In this document: in pieces, positions 27,740 to 42,078 of the stretch
Layout: every line of letters starts with the position of its first letter
How positions within the stretch are numbered: position 1 is the first letter of the stretch
NCBI GenBank assembly: GCA_951406725.2
Contig: OX597828.1
Location: forward strand, 16,740,001 to 16,804,000
DNA: 64,000 nucleotides
Direction: 5' to 3'
From: Octopus vulgaris
Lineage: Eukaryota
Program-made: the position numbers and the translations under genes
The notes under the pieces: generated by a model
Database searches by the model: none
Told to the model about the DNA's origin: nothing
Seen by the model: the letters and a program-made list of their open reading frames with translations, nothing else

Positions 27740-28020
27740 GGCACAGGCTAGGCTGTGTGGTAAGAAGCTTCATTCACAACCACATGTTATCGAGTTCAGT
27801 CCCACTGCGCGGCACCTTCGCCAAGTGTCGTCGCTTGGCAACCGATATTGGTGGGTTTTACATCCCCGTAACTTAGCAGTTCAACAAAAGTACCGATAGA
27901 ATAAGTACTAGATTGGCAAAGGATAAGTCCTGGGGTAGATTTCTTTGACTAAAACGTCTTTAAGGCGGTGCTCCAGCATGGCCTCAGTCAAATGACTGAA
28001 AGAAGTAAAAGAATAAAAGA
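27740..28020 (+). mobile_element. SINE family B, internally deleted
   Basis: Head GGCTGTGTGGTAAGAAGCTT...AGTTCAGTCCCACTGCG joined directly to the tail ...GCGGTGCTCCAGCATGGCC...GACTGAAA. Confidence 0.8.
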
Positions 28021-28190
28021 ATATACGTATATATATCATATAAAGAATGTGTGTGTGTATATATATATATATATGTGTGTGTGTGTGATATGTATGTGTG
28101 AGTTTATATATATATATGTGTGTGTGTTTGTGGGAGTGTTTGTGTATGTAGATGTATGAGTATAGGTGTATAAACACACTCACACACACA

Positions 28191-28256
<66 letters not shown>

Positions 28257-28379
28257 GACACACTCACACAAACAGACAAAATAAACATCAATTCACGAGT
28301 GTATATATTTTCTTAAGTTTTGATCTAAAGAATATTTCAGAGCTGAGATTTTCGTGTATATAATAATAATGGAAAAAAA

Positions 28380-28946
28380 TGAGGCATGGACCAGTATTGC
28401 GCAAAATTTCCCTTTACTAACTACAGAATCAAAAAGGAACATCCTGAAAGCGCATAAATTATTCAAATGCAAAAAGTAACACAAATCGTTAGGGAGAGTT
28501 TTAACAAATGCAAAGCTTTACACAACAACCTCGACACCAACAGTTAAAAAATGTGGACGCCCAAACTGTGGAACATGCCCCAACCTACTTGAAGGCTCAG
28601 ATTTACTTTTTTAAACAATGAGAGAGGTTCACTGTTAAAACCAACTTCACTTGTGCCTCTGAGAACCTAATTTATGTAATAACCTCCTCCGGTTGTGGAC
28701 ATCACTATTTAGGACAGATGAGCATAACATTGAGACGGAGAACTACTCTACATAAAGAGCAGATCCGGTTCCCGGAATATAGATAGATTCCTTTAAGTGA
28801 ACATATAGAGTTGTGCAGGTAACATGAAACCAAATTTTAGTTTTGCCCTTCTACCAGTGCAAATATACAATTTCTTTACAAGAACGTTTAAATAAAGAAA
28901 ATTTATTCTCGAAAAATACAATATACATCTAAATATGCACGCATAA
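28380..28946 (+). mobile_element. Penelope-like element GIY-YIG endonuclease remnant (Neptune-like, with upstream Cys cluster)
   Basis: KKCGRPNCGTCPNL, then after a frameshift FTCASENLIYVITSSGCGHHYLGQMSITLRRRTTLHKEQIR...PLSEHI. In-frame stops present; the 3' non-coding part ends in (TA)n at ~29040. Confidence 0.85.
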
Positions 28947-29069
28947 CCAACTTTGATCTCTATAATAATTCTAATTCACTGTTACATACCCATCACTGTA
29001 CTTATTTCTCCCCACTACTCTAGTTTTTGAATGTTTGTTTATATATATATATATATTAGGAATAGAATC

Positions 29070-29470
29070 GACGCAATTGTGATTGAGGCTGGTGAAGTGG
29101 TAGAAATTCTCTGACAACCACTTCTGACTCTTTCCCGGATGTGTGACAAGAAGCTGAATCCTGCTTCCACACATAAGGGATGCTAACAGAAAACCATCTC
29201 CAGTCAGGGTTTGGCCACAGTCTCCAACAACGTCACATAGGCATCTGAAGTGACGGTAAGGACCTGCATAAAGGTGTACTTTTGTGCGTCGCATCGGAAC
29301 GATTACTGTATCCTTTTCTCATAGCCGCATCTTCGCAAACTCCGTTACAGTTGTCCATGTTTCGTCTTACAGCCTTTACAGTGTTGAAAGAACATTGAAC
29401 AGCAGTCTTAACGTCGGCATTTTGATACAGTGACTATTATCATCATACAGGTAAATCATTTCCAATATTC
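29070..29470 (-). mobile_element. Second maT-like transposase remnant, internally deleted
   Basis: Minus strand: SDAYVTLLETVAKP*LE...PYVWKQDSASCHTS..SQKWLSENFYHFTS. Confidence 0.7.
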
Positions 29471-30028
29471 AGATATCACCTAGCTTTATCTCAACTACAA
29501 ATTCAATCATTATAGTCTCCAACACCCTTGACTATTCACCAATAAAATAAGCTGTTTCTGAATAAAGAAGACATAAATATCACTAAATTTAGTCGAAACA
29601 CCATCTACATGCAATTTTCTTTCGCAATAGTGATGTCGACTTAGGATACGCAAATAATTGACGCAGCATGTTATAAGTATCGTCGCATGACTATGACTAC
29701 GATAGCAGCACTAAGAACTGAACAAGACCAAGTCATTAGTATTTTCAGTCTAATAAACATATGATAAATGCGTCTTTCACTAGTTTGCATGCTGGATTCA
29801 AATAATCTGGCAGGCCATTGCTGGTGCTGGAATTTGTTTTAGTGCTTTTTTTTGTTTTTAGTGCTAAGGGAGAAGAAAATTCTTGAGTCTTCTATTAAGT
29901 AAGTACGCTTCTAAGTCGTGGTAATAAGAAGGAAGAGAGAAAGGGAGAGAGAGAGGGGATGAGAGTGATCGAGACAGTGTGAGAGAGAAAAGTAGCGTTT
30001 AGAAGACTTCGCAAGTACTTATACATTT

Positions 30029-30033
<5 letters not shown>

Positions 30034-30106
<73 letters not shown>

Positions 30107-30256
30107 AATATATGTATATATATATATGTATATATATATATGTTTGTATATATATATATATATGTACATATATATATGCATATATATATGTATATTTATC
30201 ATATATATGTATTTATTTATATATATATATCTAAATTGTATGTACACACAAATACA

Positions 30257-30310
<54 letters not shown>

Positions 30311-30986
30311 TACATATTCATTTATATTTATTCGTAAATATATATATCTCTATATAGACACATACATATGCATATTCACATTATGTACGCGTGTATATAA
30401 ACGTGCATGTACATACGCATGAGTATGTATGAGTATGTGTGCGAGTGAATTGGTATGAGTAAACACAGTGCCGCACATGGTAACCAAGAAGCTATATTAT
30501 ATACAGATACGAGTTTCAACTAAGTGCATGAACTCGCTCTGTTTTCTATAACGAAATATATAAATAAATAAATAAATAAATGATACAAAAATAACTCAAA
30601 AAAGATAAATATAAAACCAAAAACGGAAAGCAAAATATAAAAATATCAACTATTCAAAATCAATGATGATGTCTTTAATAAAAAAAAAAAAAAAAAAATT
30701 ATAATAATACTTATGAGCATATTTTAATACTTACAAAGTGATATTAAGATATGTTGCATATGTATGATTATAGGTTAATAAAAAAAACAATAAAAAAAAT
30801 AACAACAAAAAATGACTATCGCAACGAAAGAATAATATTGCAACAAAAACTAATTTGAAAATCATGAATGGGTATCAAGAACGCACAAATCTAAGAATGC
30901 AATGAGGAAGGCGATCCTTCTGCAACGTGGAGGAGTTAGCATATTAAAAGAAAAAAAGGGAATAAACACATATGTGCATATGTATT

Positions 30987-31044
<58 letters not shown>

Positions 31045-31054
31045 GTATGTATGT

Positions 31055-31101
<47 letters not shown>

Positions 31102-31479
31102 AATAAATATATATACACACACACATATATATATACATGTATATATATATAAATGTATATATATATATATATATATATACGTATACAATATATATATATA
31201 TACGTATACAATATATATATATATTATATATGTATGTATATACACATATATGTAAATATACACACACATATATATGTATAGACACAAATACATATATACA
31301 TTGATATATGCACATATATATGTATATGTACATATGTGTATACACAAACACATATATACATATATATATATATATGTGCACACACCACACACACACATAT
31401 ATATATATATCTATATATGTATGTATATATGTATATGTGTGTATATGTACATGTATATATATATATATATACACATATA

Positions 31480-31555
<76 letters not shown>
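30034..31555. repeat. Two long (TA)n/(TG/CA)-mixed microsatellite fields (30034-30310, 30990-31555)
   Basis: Direct reading. Confidence 0.9.
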
Positions 31556-31558
<3 letters not shown>

Positions 31559-32489
31559 TCATACATATACAAGGCAAAAAGGAAAGACAAATAAAAAATA
31601 AAACAAGAAAAAATATTTTATTTTCGAAAGTAGCAGGTGTCCAATTACGTTAAACCTTTTCCATTGGTTGGCACAGAGGAATATGGTTAATCTTTCTAGA
31701 AAGATCAGAACGATAAGAATTCCTCTAATTTTTGTATATCGATAAGCATCTCGATTTCCCTGTTAGGGAATTCTTGATTTCTTTTGATTTTCGCAGTCAG
31801 AGTGTAAAAGTTTATTAGATACAACAAATGAAAAATAACAAGAAAAATAAATAAATATACAAATAAAGAAAGGAAGAAATAATAATAAGAAAAAAAACAC
31901 TGAAAATGTAGAATAAAGTAAAGGAAAAAAAATTAAATACAAACACATGCTCGCACACACACGCGCACTTACATACACACTAAACTCGAGAAGATAAAAG
32001 GAATGCGATAAGAGGATAAATATCTTTTGTAAGAGAAAGAAGGCAGCAATGAAGTCGTTACAGATACTGCAAGATTAAGCAATGAGCAAATACTCGGTGA
32101 TCAACGTGGAAAATTGTTGTAAATAATACGAGAAAACAAACGAAGCTGACCAAAAATTTTAGTTTTTCTCCCGTGCAACGAATGATAATGATAGCACTAT
32201 TGGCAAAGTAGGGTCTTATTATTGTAGATTATAGAATGGACCTTATATCCTGTTGGCTATTGATTTAAAAAAAGACCCCTAAAGGACATGGTTTCTTCTA
32301 TGGGATGTTAGTGTGTCAGGGATCGTAAGTGGCCTTAGGAAAGTGAGATAAAGATGATGCGCAGGAGTCAAAGGAGTTTGCTAGATAAAATCAGATAAGG
32401 AAGAGAGAAATAGAGCTGTAAGGGACATGAGGAAATTGCGAGAAGAAAGTGTAGTGGTGGTGGTGGTGGTGGTGGTGGCGGGACTATGT

Positions 32490-32927
32490 GATAGAGAGAG
32501 ATAGTAAGTGAATGAGTGAAGGAAAGAAAGTGAGGGAAAGGCAGAAAGAGAGAGTGAGAAACATAGTGTGTGTGGGAGACAGAGAGAGCGAGGAAAGAAA
32601 GAGAGAGAGAGAGAGAGAGGGAGAGAAGGAGAGAGAAAGACAAAGAGAGACAAAGAGAGACAAAGGGGATGGAGAGAAAGTGAAGAGGGAGAGAGAGAGA
32701 GGGAGACAAGGAGAGAGAAAGACAAAGAGAGACAAAGGGGGTGGAGAGAAAGTGAAGAGAGAGAGAGAGAGGCAATGAGGGAGAGATTAGAGAAACAGAG
32801 AGAGAGAAAGAGAGAGAAGGAGAGAGAGAGACAGAAACAGAGACAAAGTCAAAGTGAAATGAGATAAGCAGATGCAATGCATGTATCAGTCATCGTGGAA
32901 AATAGATAGAGAGAAAAGGTATAAAGA

Positions 32928-33005
<78 letters not shown>

Positions 33006-33380
33006 CAGAGAGAAAACAGATAGATAGATAGATAGATGGATAGATAGATAGATGGATAGATAGATAGATAGGTAGTAGGTAGTAGGTAGGTAGATGGATG
33101 GATAGAGAGACAGATAGATAGATTGATAAATAGATAGGTAGAGAAATGGATATGTAGGTAGGTAAGTAGGTAGATAGATGGATGGATAGATACATAAATA
33201 GGTTGATGGATAAATAGCTAGATAAATTGATATATAGATAGACACATAAACAGACAGACAGACAGACAGATAGATAGATAGATAGATATATAGGTAGATA
33301 GATAGATATGTAGGTAAGTAGGCAGATGGATGGATGGATAGATGGATAGATAGATAAATAGATAGGCAGATGGATGGATG

Positions 33381-33417
<37 letters not shown>

Positions 33418-33730
33418 GTAGACTGATAGAACCAGGGAGAAAGAAAGAGAAAGAGACAGTGAAAGAGAAAAAGTAAGGGGAAAGGTGAGAGAGAGAGAAG
33501 AGTCAGCGTATGTGCGAGAACTTACGAGTAAAATATGGAAAGAATTAGAGGTGAGGAAGAAAGAAATATACAAAAAAGGCAATAAAAAAAAGTAAAAACG
33601 GTAAATGAGAGAAGAGAAACAAAAGAAGGAAAAATTATACTCATGAGAGAGGGAAAGAGAGGGAGAGAGAAAGAAAGAAAGAGAGGAAAATAGTAAAAGA
33701 GGGGGAGAGAGAGAGAGAGAGCAATAAAAA
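32490..33730. repeat. Purine-rich (GA)n / (TA)n / (GATA)n low-complexity field
   Basis: Direct reading; (GATA)n at 33019-33420. Confidence 0.9.
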
Positions 33731-34125
33731 AACATACATAGAAACACACTAAAAAGAAAATAAGGGGCTCAGATAGAGTTAGGAGATTGGGGATTGAGAA
33801 AAAAAAAAGTGATTTTTTATTTTGATAATATTCTGCATTCCTGATCTACGAAACTATCGATGGAAAGCTAATACGGAAATAACATTCCTGAAACTGATGT
33901 GAAAAGACTACTGAAGTAAGTCAACGTAGCCAGGATTAAAACAGAAATTTCCTTGGACACGAAGGAATTTCTAGAAATTTCTCTTCCTGTTTTAGTTCAT
34001 TTTGCCTCCATTTTTATTATTGTTGATTTTCTTGTTGTGTTGTATTGATATTGTTATTACTGTTATTATAAATATTATTATTGCTGTTGTTATTACAATT
34101 TTTTATTATTACCGTTCTTGACATT

Positions 34126-34182
<57 letters not shown>

Positions 34183-34200
34183 GCTGTTGTTGTTGTTGTT

Positions 34201-34231
<31 letters not shown>

Positions 34232-34232
34232 C

Positions 34233-34301
<69 letters not shown>

Positions 34302-35003
34302 TATTATTATTACTCCGAATTTCTCAAGAGATTAGTTTTCTTTCTGCTATTTAATAAGCAATAACAACAACAACAACAATAATAATAATAATAATAATAA
34401 TAATATGTAGAAGACGGTGAAAGAATTTTTGTTAAAATCATCTCACATTAAAATAACTCTTTGTTTATATGATTTGGGATATAACTCGGCATAAACTCCT
34501 TTCCAGTATCTCCATGGTTTATGTGAAGCTGGGGTCAAATAAAAAAGGCATTTAGAATTGTAGGTAAGAAGGCAAAAAAAGTGATCCTCAAAAAGAGGTA
34601 GAATTCGAAAAGTCACTTACAATATTTGTTATTTAAATATGATATACAACCTGGTTTATACAATTTAATAATTTTTTTGCTTACATGTTTTCGGTAATTC
34701 TCTCTCAAATGCACACACACACAAACACACAAGCACACATACACACACATACACACACACACGCACACACATACTCACACACACAAACTTGCATATATTT
34801 ATAAAGATTTATACAAACATGCATATCCGCATGTGTAAATACCTACACCTTAATACGCACGTCTGCAAACACGTGTGCGTACACGTATATATGAACACAT
34901 ATATATATATACACACACTTAATCGCATATTTGAACATATCAATTCATCAATTTACGAGATATCAAAAATTGTAGGCAGTGTGCCTCTCTCACTCTCTTT
35001 ATG

Positions 35004-35096
<93 letters not shown>

Positions 35097-35559
35097 TTCT
35101 ACATATACATATATATATGTATATATATGTATATAGGGAGAGAGAAAGAAAAAAACAGAGAGATGTAGATATGGATACATGTTTCTATATGTATGCGTAA
35201 ATATGCATTTACACTTGCATACATATAAACAAATATGTTTTCTTATACATAGGCATATACACACGCACACACACACACATACACACGCACGCAAATGCGC
35301 ACGCACACACTCACACACGTGTGTGCGTAAATGCACTTAACTAATTTTCGAATAAATCCATCTAGAATATATCATCCATTGAATTTTCTCCCCGATTCCC
35401 AACGCCTGTTTCGAGGAGTCTTATTGCATGTCTAAGACAAACATATTACTGCTGCATATGCACGAAATATATCTCCTTGGAAGTTTTCGCTAATAATCAT
35501 AGGAAACACAAAAATGAGCGCAACACTTTGCAGCTATCTGAGATCAAGACATCGACTAG

Positions 35560-37480
35560 TCTTCTTCGCTTGTTAAACTTTCTCTAAGCCCAGCAAATTT
35601 TCTCCGGATTAAGAAGCATTCCAGAAAGCTATTCGACACTACTATGGGTGCTAATGACTCTTCTGAGTTTGGAAACCTCATTAAATTTTGTTCCCTTTGC
35701 AACATGAAGGCTATCACGTCATATATCTCTAAATACATTTGTAAATTTGATTTCTTTATTTCTATAATTTCCTCGTGTAGATTCTGCGGTACCAGTAGCA
35801 ACGGAATTCACTAAAAAGTTATTAAACTCTACACTCTGCATTCATTTAAATTGCAGTGAGTAGCTTACTCCGAAAGGTTGATCGGAGTTATAATAATTCC
35901 TTCATAAGTCATTCCTTCTCCACTGTGGTTTTATGGAAATCTCCACTATGTCACTTTTCTTTTTACCTTTATAATTCTATCCTGTTAGTTTTTGCTATAA
36001 ACCCAAAATTCATTTACAACTGAAATTTCTTAAATTTTGGCAACGCATGGTATATGTAGCAATTCGAGTTTATTCAATAAAATCGCCATTGGCTTCAACC
36101 ACGGCCTCTCCAGATTCTCATGCAGCTCTTTTGGACAGTGTCCTTGTTTTAGTTGGTGAATGCTGCCCTAATCCTTGACTTCAGCTCATCTTTGGTGTTA
36201 CAAGGAGTTTTGTTGATCTCTCACTCAACTGCGCTCCACACATAGTTATCAAGAGGGTTGCAGTCTGGGGAGTTAGATGGCCAGATATTAGGGGTGATGT
36301 GATCGCAGAAATTGTCTGACAGCTATGCCAGCGTTCTCCTGCTTGTGTCACTTGATGCAGAGTCTTGGTGCCAGATATAGAATCTTCAACTAGCCACCCT
36401 CTTGACCCAGGGCAGCACTGCCTTCTCTAGGCACTTGATGTAGGTCTGTGCTGAGTCTGAGGCCACGTGGGAAGATGAATGGATGCATAACATCATCAAT
36501 AGTGATCACGCCAAACACCATGATGTTGACTGGATGTTTGATTTTTATCACTCTCGGTACATGTCCTCAAATTGCACTTTCCTCAGATTGACACCCAAAC
36601 ACTCTGAAATCTTCGTACTGGAGCGAATTCTAAGCAGTACAGTATGCCGTTTCCAAATTTTTGGCTCAGTGAATTGCGTCATGGTACTGTCTTTCTCACA
36701 GACGGTGTGCAACTAATCCTACTGTAATGAGTAGTCGACAATATCAAAAACAAACAATGCACATACGTGAAATTAAAAATATAAAATATAAGATATGCAT
36801 AGGGTTTTTATTGAGGTCTAAATAGGTAGAGTTGTGAGGTTCATGCATTTCTAAAACGTATATATAAGTTAAAGAAAATGAAATGCCCTTAAGGGATTTA
36901 AGTGGAAACTAACTCACAGAACTTGCCGCCTGTAGCAAACTTTCGGCTTCATTTGAAAATGAGGATGATGCAGCGCTTAGAATGAGAGACGGCTACATAT
37001 CTGATTTGGGAGATGTTTATGGCCAAGAGTTTTAATGAAATAGCTTTTGCTAATACAGTTTCATTTCGATGGTATTGGTTATATTCTCAGCATTAAACGC
37101 CTTGATTCCTCTATAAGATGTCTGACTAAGGCGCTAAAGTTCAGATAATAAAAGGGTTAGAGATTATTACTGTTGTGACAACAACTAGTATAAACGACCG
37201 TTTACTGGCTTTCCTCGTTGGTGCTAAAAGCAACAAAAGTATCCATAAATATTCAACATGTTGGTAATATATAGCCTCTAAGAGAACGAGAAGAAGGGGA
37301 AGTAACGGTAAAAGGTCATCGTTACTAACTGCAGCAAGATACACATAAATCTTTCTCCTGTTTTATTTCTAGAGATCAAACGGTGTGTTAGTTGGAAACG
37401 TCCTGAAAATGAGCAGCTGCACAATAATTTGTAGTGATTTCGAATTAACAGTAAGATATGGTCTTTAAACATTTCGATCA
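35560..37480 (-). mobile_element. Possible decayed hAT transposase interrupted by the maT element
   Basis: RFPNSEESLAPIVVSNSFLECF...LRESLT resembles the hAT C-terminal dimerisation domain. FNAENITNTIEMKL lies on the other side of the maT insertion. Confidence 0.35.
36030..36800 (-). mobile_element. Degraded maT (DD37D) Tc1/mariner transposon
   Basis: Minus strand: KHPVNIMVFGVIT...YIKCLEKAVLPWVKRVA...WHQD-x37-D (WPSNSPDCNPLDNYVW)...EAVVEANGDFIE, with several stops. Confidence 0.88.
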
Positions 37481-38159
37481 ATAATCACCTAATATTTAAA
37501 TGAATTTCATGATTATTCAAATGCATTTAGAATAACAAAGGTGCGTATCATGAACTTTTAAAAACGAAAATAAAAATAGAGAATTAATTAAAAAAGCAAA
37601 AACAAAACTGAAGCAACAAACAAAACCGCAACGCATTCAATGAATTACAGGGGAATAAAGAGATCAAAGTTTCGACATGTTTATGAACGAAGTTCCCCCT
37701 CACGCCTTCAACATTTAGACTAATTGTCAGATTTTGTGCTAGGCATTTTACATAAATAATACCTCATACACATGCACATGCATACTCACACACCCACCCA
37801 AACGCACACACACACACACACACACACATGCAAACATACATGCTTGAGTTTCTGCGACTATATATATGTGTGTGTGCGTGTGTTAGCGCGCGCGTCTTTG
37901 CAAAGAAAGGGGAGGAAACAATTCAAAGTATCTAATAGAAGGATTTATTTATTTCAAAATAACATTATCGTCACATGCCGTCCGTCAACAGGCAAATGGG
38001 GGATGAATAAACGTTGCTACACATTCACGAAATAAAAGCAAGAGAATACTATATCCATATATATATATATAAGTTTCTATTTCTCCCTCTCTCTATATAT
38101 AGATATATATATATTTCTATTTCCATATGCATATTTGTATATATATGCATGTGAGTCTA

Positions 38160-38225
<66 letters not shown>

Positions 38226-38685
38226 ATATAATATAATATAATATAATATAATATAATATAATATATATATATATATATATATCTACATACATACATACAT
38301 ACATATACACACACACACACACACACACATACACACACACACATATATATATATAGCCTGAACCGGATAAGCTACTCATATTTTGCGGAAAAGTGTTGGC
38401 GGCCGGTTATTAGACTCAACAAATTTTTCCACAAATTTAAGATATATAGAAATCTCGCTTTATGAGACGCTATCATACGTTAAATTCAAATTACGATGAA
38501 CGTAAACAAACAAACTAAGTTTGCTTTAGAAACGTTGAGTTAAAGAAAGTTAAAGAAGTGATTTTAAATTCTCAAACGCAGGGTAATGCTAATAATATAG
38601 CCTTAACAGGATAAGCTACCCCCATTTTGCAGAAAAAAGTGTTGGCGGCCGGGTATGATACTATATATCTTAAATTTGTGGTGTG

Positions 38686-38765
38686 GGCGGGTTAGCTTAA
38701 TTGGTTCAGAGAACCGCGACGCGTAATCACGGAGGTGTGAGTTCGAGTCTCATAGCTGGCCGCCA
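38686..38765 (+). tRNA. tRNA-derived pseudogene/SINE head inside an inverted-tandem cassette (38352-38872)
   Basis: GGCGGGT-TAGCTTAATTGG (A box), anticodon-like arm CCGCGA-CGCGTAA-TCACGG, T arm GTGAG-TTCGAGT-CTCAT, 3' CTGGCCGCCA. The cloverleaf is imperfect. Confidence 0.6.
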
Positions 38766-38981
38766 ACATATTTTTCGCAAAATAGGAGTAGCTTATCCTG
38801 TTCAGGCTATATTATTAGCATTATCCTGCGTTTGAGAATTTAAAATCACTTCTTTAACTAATTTGAATTTAATATATATATACATATATATAACATAGAA
38901 ATGAAAGATAAAATAACGTTAATGACTATACAAGGTAGTCAGCATGCAATAAAATATTGTAGGTAATTTATATATTAATAA

Positions 38982-39036
<55 letters not shown>

Positions 39037-39198
39037 GTTCCAAATATCAGGCGTGGCTGTGGTAAGTGTTTGTGTAAAATATATTTTCTCTTTTATCTTT
39101 AAATTGTTGCAGTCATTGGATTGCAGCCACGCGGCAGGATTTTCAGTCGAAGAAATCGATCACAAGTATGTACGTACGTATTTATGTATGTATGTATA

Positions 39199-39267
<69 letters not shown>

Positions 39268-39778
39268 TCTTCTTGAAGCTGTCTCGACCGAAATGCAATG
39301 CACAATGTTGTGGCAGTAATCTTTGAATCCGACAACCTTTAGTTGAACTTCAGTTCCATGTTCTGTACCTCTGCTACTAAAATATTTGTAGTTGAGTATT
39401 CTTAGCCCGCCATCAAGATTCGTATCGATCCAATATGATAGTTCTTTTTCTCAGTTATATAGCAGTTCCCAGAGCCCGTACTCTACCATGAGCAGCAACA
39501 ATAGAATTATATGCAACGCGTCCATAAATATCCGTCTTTAGAACTTCTCTTCCCTTCAACACGTAATTTGAGATCTAATTGATATAAACATATACAAGTC
39601 TATATCAGTATCTCTGTGTGTGAGTGTGCGCATGCGTATGTCAATATCTCTACTGTATATTTTATAATATATACTGTGTTTATAAGATATGTATGTATGC
39701 ACACACATACACACACACATATATATATATATAAACGTGTATGTATATATATATGTATATATCATGTGTTTATTTCTC

Positions 39779-41759
39779 AGTCTTCACACTTCAGCAAAGT
39801 CATGGAACGGATAGTCAGAGGGAAACTAATCGCATTCCTTGAAGAAAATATCTTGCTGAGTGATACCCAGCGTGGTTTTCGACCAGGTAGAAGCTGCCTG
39901 ACCTAGCTCTTACAACGTTATGACTGGGTGTTGAGGCAGTTACTCAACAAATCAAATGTGGACGTAATCTACCTTGATTTTGCAAAGCTTCTGACAAGGT
40001 GGATCACGGTATGATATGCCACAAACTGCGTGGACTTGGCATAGCTGGAAAACTTGGAGAGTGGTTACATGACTTCCTGAAAGATAGGAGTCAGGCAGTA
40101 GTGGCTTATGGAGCAACCTCTATGAACACACAAATAGTGAGCGGTGTTCCACAGGGCACTGTCTTGGGACCACTGCTTTTTATAGTGGCCCTCTCAGATA
40201 TAGCCTCTAATGCCTGGATAGTCAGCCTTGCAAGCTATGCAGATGACACGAAAGTCTCGTAGAAAATACAGAACCCCAGTGATGTTGCAAACCTGTAGCA
40301 GGAGTTGAACTCAATTTACAGATGGGCTGAGTGTAATAATATGCAGTTTAATGCAGAAAAATTCCAGGCCCTGCGCTACCAGCATCCAGAACTGAATATG
40401 ATGGCGGGCTAAGAATACTCAACTACAAAAATTTTAGTAGCAGAGATACAGAACATGGAATTGAAGATCTACTACAGTTGTCGTATTCAAAGATTACTGC
40501 CACAACATTGTGCGTTGCATTCCGGTCGAGACAGCTTCAAGAAGAAAGGGACATATATATATATATGTATGCGCTATACATACATACATACGTACGTACG
40601 TACATACTTGTGATCGATTTCTTCGACTGAAAATCCTGCCGAGTGGCCGCAGGGTACACCGGTCCACAGGGAATTTCAATCCCAGAGCCTTAGTCAGTGA
40701 GGGACCTGGGTATCGACATGAGTGATGATACTTCTTTCCAAGTGCACATTACCAGGATGGCGACAAAGTGCAGACGACTGGAAGCTAAGAACATTCAGAA
40801 CCAGAGATAAGGAAACCATGATGGTCCACTGGCGGACATTCGTCCTCAGCCGCCTGGATTACTGCTCACAGCTATGGTCACCCACCAGTGTGAAATTAAC
40901 AGCGGACGTTGAAGCAATCCAGAGAAGATTCACAAAGAAGATCGTCTCTTTGCAACAGCTCAGCTACTGGGAAAGGTTGAAACAGCTAAGACTCTACTCC
41001 CTGGAGAGAAGACGGGAGAGGTATGCAGTAATATACATCTGGAAGATCCTGGAAGGAATTGTACCAAATGTTGGCATTGAAAGCTACACCAATTCCAGAA
41101 GGGGACGACACAGCATAGTGCCAAAGGTCCCAGCAATGCCATGACGCTTAAGGACCAGTTACTGCAACAGCCTGGGTTTCAAGGGCCCACAGCCTTTTAA
41201 TATTCTCCCAAAGAGCCTGAGGAACTTGCACAAAGTATATATAGGGATTTTAAAATCAAAGCTGGGCCTCCTCCTGTCGAGAGTCCCAGATGAACCTACA
41301 TCACGGCAAGTAGAGGCACATGGCCTGGTGGTTAGAGCAGCGGACTCGCGGTCGAGGGATCACGGGTTCGAATCTCAGACCGGGCGATGTGTGTGTTTAT
41401 GAGCGAAACACCTAAGCTCCACGCAGCTCTGGCAGAAGGTAATGGCGAACTTCTGCTGACTCTTTCGCCACAACTTTCTCTCACTCTTTCCTCCTGCATC
41501 TTGCAGCTCACCTGCGACGGACCGGCGTCTCATCTAGGTGGGGAACATATACGCAAAGGAAACCGGCCCTTATGAGCCGGGCGTGGCTCGAGAAGGAAAA
41601 ACAACAAACAAAGCCTCATGGCAAGAGGTGCACATGAGGGTAGCTATATCAAACTCCATGCTTCATCAAGTGCCACATATTAGAGAAGGCTCTCAGTAAT
41701 ATCAGTGTAGCAAAACAGCGGTGCATCAGCATGGCTACAGCTCTGAGCTGAAACTAAAG

Positions 41760-41768
<9 letters not shown>
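39779..41768 (+). mobile_element. 5'-truncated, degraded CR1-group LINE (reverse-transcriptase pseudogene plus 3' UTR)
   Basis: Ordered RT motifs across stops and frameshifts: SKVMERIV, QRGFRPGRSC, VIYLDFAK, DKVDHG, SGVPQGTVLGPLLF, YADD, RDLGI, SRLDYCSQLWSP, SYWERLKQLRLYSLERRR. Ends in an A-run followed by (TA)n. Confidence 0.92.
41313..41612 (+). mobile_element. SINE family A nested in the LINE 3' end, with ~12-bp target-site duplication
   Basis: A box TGGCCTGGTGG and B box GGTTCGAATCT. Flanks CATCACGGCAAG (41299-41310) and CCTCATGGCAAG (41614-41625) match at 10/12. Confidence 0.9.
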
Positions 41769-41818
<50 letters not shown>

Positions 41819-41844
41819 TATATATATAAATATAGATATAGATA

Positions 41845-41924
<80 letters not shown>

Positions 41925-42029
41925 CATATATATATACATGAATATGTATAACTATATATGAATATATGTGTGTATGTATATGTATATATATATATCAATG
42001 CATTTATGGATATATATATATTTATATGG

Positions 42030-42078
<49 letters not shown>

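Noticed and set aside
29999-33749. Many YI/HT/SL/ER-repeat ORFs
   Set aside because: These are translations of (TA)n, (CA)n, (GA)n and (GATA)n low-complexity DNA.
38686-38765. Functional tRNA-Thr(CGT) gene
   Set aside because: It lacks the invariant U33, has mismatched D, anticodon and acceptor stems, and is embedded in a rearranged repeat; treated as tRNA-derived.
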